From contig JANYBS010000189.1 in NCBI GenBank assembly GCA_025360715.1, positions 29,229 to 93,228 on the forward strand: a stretch of 64,000 nucleotides of DNA, in the 5' to 3' direction. Under the pieces are notes generated by a model. That model saw nothing but the letters and a program-made list of their open reading frames with translations. It ran no database searches and was not told the origin of the DNA. The stretch is from Candidatus Eiseniibacteriota bacterium. Its GTDB lineage: Bacteria; Eisenbacteria; RBG-16-71-46. The translations under genes were made by a program, and so were the position numbers. How positions within the stretch are numbered: the first letter of the stretch is position 1; every line of letters begins with the position of its first letter. Shown here piece after piece: positions 1-8,992 of this stretch.

Positions 1-810
1 TCGAATGCACGGTGAGGAAACCCGTCGCGTCGAACTCGGCCACGCAACAGTGCGGCTCGATCGGCGCGTGCGTGGAACCTTCGTACCAATAGTGCCCCTC
101 GACCACCTCATCGCTGTTCGCGAGCGCCGCATCGACCGCGCCGAATTCCAAGCGCACCTGCTTGGAGATGTTGCCGGTCTCGGCTTTCTCGTTCACCTGC
201 CACTCGGGATGCTCGAGCGCCGAGTCGATGTCGATCACGGCGGGCAACACTTCGTACTGCACTCGAATGCACCGCAGGGCTTCCTCGGCGATGAGCTCGC
301 TGTCGGCCGCGACAGCGGCGATCGCGTCGCCCACGTATCGCGCCTTCGTTTCGCAGAGCGCCTGCTCGTCCTCGGTCCACGGGATGATGCCGAAGTACAC
401 GGGCAGGTCCTTGCCCGTGATCACCGCATGCACGCCCGGCATCGCCAGCGCCGCGCTCGCGTCAATCGAGACGATGCGCGCGTGCGCGTGGATGCTGCGC
501 AGCAGCTTGGCGTGCAGCATGCGCGGCAGCGTGATGTCGTCGGCGTAGACCGCGCGGCCGGTGACCTTGGCGAGACCCTCGACCTTGCGATTGCGCTTGC
601 CGATGGTCGAGAAGCCGTCGGCGTTGGGCGCGACCGAGCGGCCGCCCTCCCAAGCGGGCGGCGCGAGCCGGTCCTCGCGCGGCATGATGCGGCCTTTTGG
701 GACGACCATCTCGGGCTTTCGGCCCGAATCGGAGTGAACCGTCTCGGGCCTCCGGCCCTCGGTCACTGACTTGGCCGCATCAATGGGGGCGTTGGGCTCT
801 TTGGGCTCGC

Positions 811-814
<4 letters not shown>
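1..814 (-). CDS. Xanthine dehydrogenase-family molybdopterin-binding subunit, N-terminal part (HcrA/CoxL-like); runs off window edge
   Basis: Manual translation from GTG at 814 (GTGA overlap with upstream stop): ...VEGLAKVTGRAVYADDITLPRMLHAKLLRSIHAHARI...KARYVGDAIAAVAA...HAPIEPH; absent from ORF track because truncated. Confidence 0.9.
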
Positions 815-1296
<482 letters not shown>

Positions 1297-1335
1297 GCGG
1301 CCCCTTCACGGATGGAAGTCACTTAGCGAGCGTCG

Positions 1336-1364
1336 ATTGAAGCCCGCCGCGCGGCGGGTGTCAA
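1336..1364 (-). promoter_or_regulatory. Putative sigma70 promoter for the molybdoenzyme operon with a palindromic spacer
   Basis: Minus strand TTGACA(1364-1359)-N17-TTCAAT; spacer holds the perfect 16-bp palindrome CCCGCCGCGCGGCGGG (1343-1358). Confidence 0.55.
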
Positions 1365-1443
1365 CGCAGGCGGCGGGCCGGTATGGCGTGCCGGTGTGGC
1401 GTGCCGGGTTGCCCCGGGCGCGGCGCGGCGGCATGATGCCCGC

Positions 1444-2700
1444 ATGGACCACGACCCGACGCTCCCCGACTCACTGTGGTGGGCCGCTCCGCAAACGGAG
1501 TTCGCCCCGCTCGATACCGAACTCGACGTCGACGTGCTCATCGTCGGCGGTGGCATCACCGGCATCACGCTCGCTTACACGCTGGCCGATCAAGGCGCGA
1601 GCGTGGGCCTGCTCGACTCCGGCCCGCTCGCGGGCGAAGCCAGCGGCCGCAACGCCGGGTTTCTGCTCGCCGCGCCTGCCGAGCCGTACTCGGAGCGCAT
1701 CGCGCTCTGGGGCCGCGAAGGTGCGCGAGCGGTACTCCAGATCGGCCGCCGCACGCACCAGCGCATCCGCGACCTGGCGCAAGGCCTGCCGATCGATTGC
1801 GAATACGAGCAGACCGGCTCGCTGCGCCTGACGCGCACGCGTGAGGAGAGCGAGGACCTGCGCGGCTCGCTGCCCGAGTTGCGCCACGACGGCTTCCCCA
1901 TGCGCGAGATCGAACTCGCCGATGCCGTGCCCGCGCATGCCGTGGGCCGCTTTGACGCGGCGTTCGAAGTGCCCGAGGACGGCCAGCTGCATCCGGTCAA
2001 GTTCCTGCACGGTCTCGCCGTGCAGGCGGCGAAGAAGGGCGCGCGCATCCACGGCCGCACCAAGGTGAACGGCGCGCAGTGGCAGAGCGGCCTCTGGAAC
2101 GTGCAGGCCGGCGAGCAGACCGCGCGCGCGCGCACGCTCGTGCTTGCGACTAACGCCTTCACGCCGCGGCTCGTGCCAAGCCTGGGTGCGCTCATCGTGC
2201 CGCGGCGCGGGCAGGTGATCGCGACCGAGCCGCTCGACTTCACGGTGACCACGAGACCCACGTACGCGCACTGGGGATATCAATACTGGCGGCAGACGCC
2301 CGAGGGCCGCGTGCTCATCGGTGGCTGGCGCGATGTGGATTTCGACGCCGAGGGCGTGGATGTGAATGGCACGAGCGACAAGGTGCAGGCGGCGATCGAA
2401 GGCGGCCTTCGCGAACTCGTGCAGAAGGAAGTGCGCATCGATCACCGCTGGGGCGGCATCATGGGCTTCGCGCGCGATGGCCGGCCGCTCGTGGGCTGGC
2501 TCGACCCTTCGCACCACTTGGCCATCTGCGCGGGTTTCACCGGGCACGGCATGGGCATGGCGGCCGCGTGCACCCAGGACATGGCCGAGTTGCTGTCGTG
2601 GAAGCGCGCGATGGGGATCTCGAGCTTCGATCCGCACCGCTTCCCCGAGCTCAAGCAACTGCGCGAGGGCATCGTCGAACTGGGCGCCGCACGCGCCTGA
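1444..2700 (+). CDS. FAD-dependent oxidoreductase, DAO/PuuB-like family
   Basis: MDHDPTLPDSLWW start; DVLIVGGGITG dinucleotide-binding motif; ASGRNAG; C-terminal GFTGHGMG. Confidence 0.9.
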   Translation: MDHDPTLPDSLWWAAPQTEFAPLDTELDVDVLIVGGGITGITLAYTLADQGASVGLLDSGPLAGEASGRNAGFLLAAPAEPYSERIALWGREGARAVLQIGRRTHQRIRDLAQGLPIDCEYEQTGSLRLTRTREESEDLRGSLPELRHDGFPMREIELADAVPAHAVGRFDAAFEVPEDGQLHPVKFLHGLAVQAAKKGARIHGRTKVNGAQWQSGLWNVQAGEQTARARTLVLATNAFTPRLVPSLGALIVPRRGQVIATEPLDFTVTTRPTYAHWGYQYWRQTPEGRVLIGGWRDVDFDAEGVDVNGTSDKVQAAIEGGLRELVQKEVRIDHRWGGIMGFARDGRPLVGWLDPSHHLAICAGFTGHGMGMAAACTQDMAELLSWKRAMGISSFDPHRFPELKQLREGIVELGAARA

Positions 2701-2709
2701 AAGCGGTCG

Positions 2710-2755
2710 CGCATGCGTCCCTGCCCGGCTCGACCGGACAGGGACGCATGCGTTT
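2710..2755 (+). terminator. Intrinsic terminator-like hairpin after the FAD oxidoreductase
   Basis: 14-bp perfect stem CGCATGCGTCCCTG/CAGGGACGCATGCG followed by TTT. Confidence 0.6.
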
Positions 2756-2882
2756 ACGGCGTGCGCCGCACGGGGCTATACTGCCTCGTCGGCTGTCTCG
2801 TTCTCACCTACCTCGCATCTCCGGCGTTCCCAGTCCCCTCGGTGCCGGGCGTGCTCATATCTGGAACCACACGAGGAAACAC

Positions 2883-4283
2883 ATGAACCTCGAACTCAAG
2901 TCGCTGGATGAAGTCCGTCAGGCCACCGCGGTGCTCGCCACGGGCAACAATGACGCCCTTGACCGCTTGGTCTGGACCGGTGTCTTCGGCGCCGATAGCG
3001 TGCGCGATGCCGCCCGTCAGGCCGTGCTCGACCAGTGCCGCTCCACGGGTATCTACCCCGCCTCGATCCACGAGCTGTACATGGCCCGCGGCCGCGGCGA
3101 AGCGCCCGCCACGTTCACCGTGCCGGCCATCAACATCCGCGGCATCACGTATGACACGGCGCGGGCGCTGTTCCGCGCCCGCAAGGCACTCGATGCCGGC
3201 GCCGTGCTCATCGAGATCGCGCGTTCCGAGATCAGCTACACCGATCAGCGTCCGCAGGAATACACGTTCGTGCTGCTCTCGGCGGCGCTGCGCGAAGGCT
3301 GGACCGGCCCCGTGTTCATCCAGGGCGATCACTTCCAGATCAACGCCAAGAAGTATCACGCCGATCCCGCTGCCGAGATGAAGACCGTGCTCGACCTGTC
3401 GCGTGAAGCGATCGCGGCCGGCTTCTACAACATCGATGTGGACACCAGCACGTTGGTGGACCTCGACAAGCCCACGCACGAGGAACAGCAGCGGGTGAAC
3501 GGCACGCTCTGCGCCGAGATCGCGGCGTCCATCCGCAAGCACGAGCCCAAGGGTGTGCATATCTCGATCGGCGGCGAGATCGGTGAGGTCGGCGGCAAGA
3601 ACTCGACCGCAGAGGAACTCGAGGCGTTCGTGAATGTGTTCAACGCCGCGCTCGCCAAGCTCGTGCCGGGCGCGCCGGGCATGAGCAAGATCTCGATCCA
3701 GACCGGCACGAGCCACGGCGGCGTGCCGTTGCCCGATGGCACGGTAGCCAAGGTCAAGCTCGACTTTGACACGCTTGAAGCGCTGAGCAAGCTCAGCCGC
3801 GAGAAGTACGGTTTCGCCGGCGCGGTGCAACATGGGGCGTCGACGCTGCCGAGCGAACTGTTCGGCGAGTTCAGCAAACGCGGCGCGTGCGAGATCCACC
3901 TGGCCACCGAGTTCCAGAACATGATCCTGGACCACCCGGCGTTCCCGGCGGACCTCAAGGCCGAGATCTACGCCAAGCTGCGCGAGACCGAAGCCGGCGA
4001 GCGCAAGCCCACCGACACCGACGAGCAATTCTTCTACAAAACGCGCAAGAAGGCGCTCGGCATGTACAAGAAGCAGATGTGGGGCATGCCCGCCGAGGCG
4101 CGGGCAGCGATCGGCAAGTCGCTCGAGGATCGCTTCACGTTCCTGCTCACGCAGCTCAAGGTCGGCGGCACGCGCGCGATCGCAGAGAAGTATGCGCCCT
4201 TTGTCGCCTCTGCATTCCCCACTGCTCTCGCTTCCGTCGGCGCCACTCAGGGGCCGGAGGACGTGACGGGCCTGTCCGACTGA
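2883..4283 (+). CDS. fba: Class II fructose-bisphosphate aldolase (long form)
   Basis: RBS GAGGAA; VPAIN, IQGDH, GEIGEVGG, TSHGG and QHGAS motifs; adjacent to fbp. Confidence 0.85.
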   Translation: MNLELKSLDEVRQATAVLATGNNDALDRLVWTGVFGADSVRDAARQAVLDQCRSTGIYPASIHELYMARGRGEAPATFTVPAINIRGITYDTARALFRARKALDAGAVLIEIARSEISYTDQRPQEYTFVLLSAALREGWTGPVFIQGDHFQINAKKYHADPAAEMKTVLDLSREAIAAGFYNIDVDTSTLVDLDKPTHEEQQRVNGTLCAEIAASIRKHEPKGVHISIGGEIGEVGGKNSTAEELEAFVNVFNAALAKLVPGAPGMSKISIQTGTSHGGVPLPDGTVAKVKLDFDTLEALSKLSREKYGFAGAVQHGASTLPSELFGEFSKRGACEIHLATEFQNMILDHPAFPADLKAEIYAKLRETEAGERKPTDTDEQFFYKTRKKALGMYKKQMWGMPAEARAAIGKSLEDRFTFLLTQLKVGGTRAIAEKYAPFVASAFPTALASVGATQGPEDVTGLSD

Positions 4284-4302
4284 TCCTCACGGAGGCCGCT
4301 TC

Positions 4303-5340
4303 ATGACGGATCACCGCGCGATCACGCTGTCGCAGTTCGTGCTGCAACAAGAACGCGAGCACCCCGAGGCCAGCGGGGAGTTCACGAGCGTGCTTCTGGA
4401 CATCGCGCTGGCGGCCAAGATGATCAACAAGGCCGTCGTCCGCGCCGGCTTGGCCGACGTGATCGGCGCTACCGGCGATGTGAACGTCCAGGGCGAGCGC
4501 GTCCAGAAACTCGACGTGTTCGCCCATGAGACGATCATGCGCGTGCTGGGCTCGACCGGCCAGCTCGCGGTCGTGGCTTCGGAAGAAGACGAAGGCATCG
4601 TACCCATGCCGGACGATGCCCCGATCGGCAAGTACGTGGTGAACTTCGACCCGCTCGATGGCAGCTCGAACATCGATGCGAACGTGAACATCGGCACGAT
4701 CTTCTCGATCCTGCCGCGCATCACGCGCAAGGGTCAGGGCACGATCGAAGACTGCCTGCAGGCGGGCCGCCGGCAGATGTGCGCCGGCTACGTGCTGTAT
4801 GGGTCGTCCACGATGCTCGTGTACACCACGGGCGACGGCGTGCACGGCTTCACGTACGAGCCCAGCATCGGCGAGTTCCTGCTCTCGCACGCCGACATCC
4901 GCACCCCCAAGCGCGGCCATATCTACAGCGTGAACGAAGGCAACTACGCGCGCTGGTCCGACGGCATGAAGCGCTACGCCGACTGGCTCAAGGTCGAGGA
5001 CAAAGCCACCGACCGCCCTTACAGCATGCGCTACGTGGGCAGCCTGGTGGCCGACTTCCACCGCAACCTGCTCTATGGCGGCATCTACCTCTACCCCGGC
5101 GACGCCAAGAACCCCAACGGCAAGCTGCGCCTGCTCTACGAAGCCGCGCCGTTGGCCTTCGTCGCCGAACAAGCCGGCGGCGCCGCCAGCGACGGAACCC
5201 GCCGGATCATGGACCTCGCCCCCAGCTCCCTGCACCAAAGAACGCAACTATTCCTCGGCAGCCCCGACGACGTCGCCGACTGCGAAGCCTTCCTACAAGG
5301 CCGCCACGAGGGATTGAACCTGGAACGACGAACCCTCTAA
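4303..5340 (+). CDS. fbp: Class I fructose-1,6-bisphosphatase
   Basis: NVQGERVQKLD, SEE, FDPLDGSSNID, RYVGSLVADFHR, GKLRLLYEAAP. Confidence 0.97.
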   Translation: MTDHRAITLSQFVLQQEREHPEASGEFTSVLLDIALAAKMINKAVVRAGLADVIGATGDVNVQGERVQKLDVFAHETIMRVLGSTGQLAVVASEEDEGIVPMPDDAPIGKYVVNFDPLDGSSNIDANVNIGTIFSILPRITRKGQGTIEDCLQAGRRQMCAGYVLYGSSTMLVYTTGDGVHGFTYEPSIGEFLLSHADIRTPKRGHIYSVNEGNYARWSDGMKRYADWLKVEDKATDRPYSMRYVGSLVADFHRNLLYGGIYLYPGDAKNPNGKLRLLYEAAPLAFVAEQAGGAASDGTRRIMDLAPSSLHQRTQLFLGSPDDVADCEAFLQGRHEGLNLERRTL

Positions 5341-5369
5341 GCCACAAACAGCCACAACGCGCCCAAATG

Positions 5370-5405
5370 AAAAAGCCGAAAGCTCGAATGAGCTTTCGGC
5401 TTTTT
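5370..5405. terminator. Bidirectional intrinsic terminator between fbp and arsC
   Basis: AAAAAGCCGAAAGCTC-GAAT-GAGCTTTCGGCTTTTT, 16-bp perfect stem including A/T tracts. Confidence 0.85.
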
Positions 5406-5475
5406 CGCTCGCTGAGCGAAGCTCAGCCGAGCCGCCTCTTGCGACACTGGCGCCAAGCGCCTCGCCGGCCCGCGC

Positions 5476-5638
5476 GTGGCGCGCGGGCCGCGCCCGGCCG
5501 CAGCGAGGAGGGCTCGCTGCAAAGCGCTCCCGCAGCCAGGATGGCGGAGGGAGCGCGGCGCAGGAGGTGCGGCGGCACGATGCCGCCGCGCTGACGGCGA
5601 GCTCTCATCGCTGCGGCCGGGCGCGGCCCGCGCGCCAC
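5476..5638. repeat. REPIN/MITE-like element with 42-bp inverted repeats and internal hairpins
   Basis: 5476-5517 vs 5597-5638 are reverse complements with 2 mismatches; start with GTGG plus a short palindrome; the loop carries GCGCTCCC/GGGAGCGC and GCGGCGGCA-CGA-TGCCGCCGC hairpins. Confidence 0.7.
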
Positions 5639-5677
5639 CCCAGAGCCGTGCGCCAGGATGCCTCAATGCAGACGCGA

Positions 5678-6139
5678 TCAGTCCCCTCGAGGCCAAAGCG
5701 AAGCGACCCGCCAACGGATCTCATCCCGCAGCTCCCGAAACCCCTCGACCTGCTCCCCCTCGGGCCGCAGCGAAGGATCCGGCAGCGCCCAGTGCACCTG
5801 CCGCACATCGGCCGCGAGCGGCGGGCAGACCTGCTCGTCTTCGTTACAAAGCGTGACGATCGTGTCGGCGCTCGCCCACGGTACCTCGTCGATGTGCTTG
5901 GAAGCATGCGCGCTGATATCGATGCCGACTTCCTGCATGACCTGCACCGCTATCTGGTACACGCCGCGCGGTTTGGTCCCCGCGCTCATGATGTGCACGT
6001 GCGCCGGCGCGACCGCGCGCGCGAAGCCCTCCGCCATCTGGCTGCGCGAGGCGTTGTGCACGCACAGGAACGCCACGACGCCCGGAGGCTTGGTGATGAA
6101 CGCGGCGGGACGCACGGGATTCGGCTTGGGATCCGTCAT
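5678..6139 (-). CDS. arsC: Arsenate reductase, LMW-PTP fold
   Basis: FLCVHNASRSQMAEG (CX5R) P-loop; VTLC...VCP; HWALPDP. Confidence 0.85.
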   Translation of the reverse strand: MTDPKPNPVRPAAFITKPPGVVAFLCVHNASRSQMAEGFARAVAPAHVHIMSAGTKPRGVYQIAVQVMQEVGIDISAHASKHIDEVPWASADTIVTLCNEDEQVCPPLAADVRQVHWALPDPSLRPEGEQVEGFRELRDEIRWRVASLWPRGD

Positions 6140-6143
6140 CGGC

Positions 6144-6818
6144 TCATGCCTTGAGCACCACACTCTTGTAGACGCGCGCAGCGGCGGCGCCGCCCAGCAT
6201 GGGGCCCAGCCAGTAGATCCAATGCCCGGTCCACACGCCCGAAGCACAGGCCGCGCCGAACGCGCGAGCCGGGTTCATGGCGGCGCCCGTGAGCGGGCCG
6301 CCGACGAGGATGTCCATCAATACCGTGAGGCCGATGCCCAGCCCGCCCAGCTTGGGCGCGCGCGAGTCGACCGCGGTGCCCCACACGGCGGTGACCAGGA
6401 AGAATGTGAGCACGAATTCGATGATCAGGCCTTGCGAGCTGCTCAACCCCGCGCCGAGCATGGGCACGCCCCAGTGCACAGCCTGACCCGCCTCGCCGGG
6501 GATGACCGAGCGCAGCAGGAAGCTCGCGGCGATGGCGCCGAGCAACTGCGAGATCCAGTAGGTGATCGCCGAGGTCATCGACTGCCGGCCCGTGACGACG
6601 AAACCCAGCGTGACCGCGGGGTTGAAGTGGCCGCCCGAGGTGGCGCCGAGCGCCGAGATCATCACCGCAAGCGCCAAGCCATGCGCGAAAGCGATGGCGA
6701 GCAGCGCGTAAGGGCCGGCACCCTGCAACTGCGCGACGCAGATCGCGCCCTGGCCGATGAAGCACAGCGTGAAGGTGCCGAGGAACTCGGCCCAGTAGGA
6801 CTTGGGTCCCTGATCCAT
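6144..6818 (-). CDS. MIP family channel (aquaporin)
   Basis: AEFLGTF, SGGHFNPAVT and GAAMNPAR; six hydrophobic helices. Confidence 0.95.
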   Translation of the reverse strand: MDQGPKSYWAEFLGTFTLCFIGQGAICVAQLQGAGPYALLAIAFAHGLALAVMISALGATSGGHFNPAVTLGFVVTGRQSMTSAITYWISQLLGAIAASFLLRSVIPGEAGQAVHWGVPMLGAGLSSSQGLIIEFVLTFFLVTAVWGTAVDSRAPKLGGLGIGLTVLMDILVGGPLTGAAMNPARAFGAACASGVWTGHWIYWLGPMLGGAAAARVYKSVVLKA

Positions 6819-6912
6819 GCGCTCTCCCAGGAAGAAGCGGCGGCCTCCGGCGCACCACACCCGCGCGCGGACCGGCGGGCACCGTATCTGCGGGCCGCGC
6901 GGGCGTCAACGC

Positions 6913-8148
6913 TCACGGTTGGACGAGCGTCACGTCGTCCATCGCCACACCTTCGGTTGCGACCTCGGGTTCGGCCCCAGGGGTCACGGCGAGGCGGCGA
7001 CGAAGGAACCAACCGTCTGCGATCTGCCCCACCATGCAGCCGAACAACGCGGCATTGAGCCCCAGAACGCCGCCCGGCATCCACCCGGGTCCGATCAGTA
7101 AGACAGCGGCCGCGGCGGCAAAACGCACGAGCATCCGCTGCACAGGCGAGCGGTCGGCGGCGTTCTGCGAGTCGCTCACCCATTCGATGAGCCCCAGGGC
7201 GACGAACGTGAGTGAGATCGCGCTGACCATGAGCCAGCGCACGGGCACCGGAGTATCGCGCGTACCCAGGGCGATGGCTTCTGCCACCCCTGCAGCATAG
7301 GCGACGATCCCGATCACCAACGGCAGGTGGAGGTAACTGCGCAGCCCTTGCCGCCAGAAGGGTTCGCGTGTCGGCCGGCCCATGACGTGGTCGAAGTACA
7401 CCCACCACACGCCGAAGACGACGAGCAGCGTGAGCACCACGGTCGCGATCGCGAGCGGCGTGACCTCGCCGAGCTTGGCGATCCCGTGCACGATCGCGGC
7501 GATGGCTTCCCCGAGCACGATCACGACCAGCAACCCAGAGCGCTCGGGCAGCCGCGTGCTGAACCGCGGGAGCGAATCCTGGAAGCGGAATGTGAAGACC
7601 GGCGTCGCGAAGTCGACCAGCAGTCCTGCCGCCCAGAGCATGGCGCGCCACGGCAACGCTACCCGGGTGGACGCGACCCAGAAGGACAGACCGATGAGGA
7701 AGCCGAGGATGAAGCGGTTGGTGGTGGGCCGCACGACAGGATTGTGCCAGCCACCGCGCGCCCACATGAAGATGAGCACGCTCCGCGCGCCGATGTATCC
7801 CCACGCGAAAGTCGCCGACGTGCGCGCGAGATCGCCGTGGATCGAGGCGCCCATGACAGTGACCGGGATCATGACCAGGAGCGTGAACACTCGCTGGCTC
7901 AGGTCCTCGGTCTCGAACCGTTCGGTATACACATTGGCGGCCAGCCAGATCCACCACACGGGCGCCAGCAGGCCCACGAACACGAGCACACCCGGCCACG
8001 TGACGTACTCGGAGAGCCGCTGCGAGAGCTGCGCGATGACCGCAACGAACACGAGGTCCTGGAAGAGCTCCAGCCACGACGTGCGCCGTTCGCCTGCTTC
8101 CGCGGCATCATCGCGAAGCCGAGGCGTCTCCCATCTCCAGTTGGTCAC
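6913..8148 (-). CDS. ltrA: Low temperature requirement protein A family membrane protein
   Basis: GTG with GGGAGG RBS; WLELFQDLVFV and ERSGLLVVIVLGE motifs. Confidence 0.85.
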   Translation of the reverse strand: MTNWRWETPRLRDDAAEAGERRTSWLELFQDLVFVAVIAQLSQRLSEYVTWPGVLVFVGLLAPVWWIWLAANVYTERFETEDLSQRVFTLLVMIPVTVMGASIHGDLARTSATFAWGYIGARSVLIFMWARGGWHNPVVRPTTNRFILGFLIGLSFWVASTRVALPWRAMLWAAGLLVDFATPVFTFRFQDSLPRFSTRLPERSGLLVVIVLGEAIAAIVHGIAKLGEVTPLAIATVVLTLLVVFGVWWVYFDHVMGRPTREPFWRQGLRSYLHLPLVIGIVAYAAGVAEAIALGTRDTPVPVRWLMVSAISLTFVALGLIEWVSDSQNAADRSPVQRMLVRFAAAAAVLLIGPGWMPGGVLGLNAALFGCMVGQIADGWFLRRRLAVTPGAEPEVATEGVAMDDVTLVQP

Positions 8149-8188
8149 GGGCCTCCCGCCATCAGAAAGGTGCAGAACCCCGCCCCTT

Positions 8189-8992
8189 CTATACCAAGAG
8201 GTTCTGCCGGCGCAACAGTTCTTCCATGAGTTTGGCATTGCGGGCAGCCTGCCCGGCATGGCAATTGTTGAAGAAAAGGTAGGTCTGCTTGGCCTTGTTG
8301 GCCATCTCGGTCACTCGCCCCACCCACTCCACCAACTCGCGCTCGGAGTAATCATAGTCATAGCGATCGCCGCCGCCGCGTCCCCACCACGTCTGCTCGT
8401 TGCGCCCGTGCAGGCGGATGTACGCATCGTCGGTCGTCACGTGCGTGACCGGCGGCACGAGCCCCGGCAGCGCTGGCTCGTCGACCGCGCAGTAGCCGAT
8501 CGCGCGCTCACGCAGCCACTGCGGCAGCTTGGGGTGCATCCACGAGTCGTGGCGGAACTCGGCCCAGAGCGGCTCGCCGGGCAGCACCTCGCGCAGGCGT
8601 TCCAGATGCGCCTTGTTCGCATCGGTGCGCTTGAAGCCCCACGGGAATTGCGCGAGCAGGCCAAAGTACTTACCCGCGTCCTTGAGCGGCTGGAGCACCG
8701 CGCGGAAGTCGCGCACCAGAGCGTCTTCGAACCCGGGCGCGTGCGTCATGGCCTGGTTGAGCTTGACGATGAAGCGGAAGCCATCCGGCGTCTTGCGCTC
8801 CATGAGTTCGAGTACGCGCGGGTTCGGGATGCGGTAGTAAGTGGAGTTCACCTCGACGCATGCGAACTGCGTGGCGTAGTGGTGCAGGAAGTCACCGCTC
8901 TTGGTGCCCTGCGGATAGAACGGCCCCACCCAGTCCGCGAACGAATAGCCCGACGTACCCACGTGAATCGAAGGAACGGTCTCGGCGCTCAC
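8189..8992 (-). CDS. DUF72 (YecE-like) TIM-barrel protein
   Basis: IHVGTSGYSF, VEVNSTYY, LLAQFP, YIRLHGR, YDYDYS, YLFFNN. Confidence 0.9.
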   Translation of the reverse strand: MSAETVPSIHVGTSGYSFADWVGPFYPQGTKSGDFLHHYATQFACVEVNSTYYRIPNPRVLELMERKTPDGFRFIVKLNQAMTHAPGFEDALVRDFRAVLQPLKDAGKYFGLLAQFPWGFKRTDANKAHLERLREVLPGEPLWAEFRHDSWMHPKLPQWLRERAIGYCAVDEPALPGLVPPVTHVTTDDAYIRLHGRNEQTWWGRGGGDRYDYDYSERELVEWVGRVTEMANKAKQTYLFFNNCHAGQAARNAKLMEELLRRQNLLV

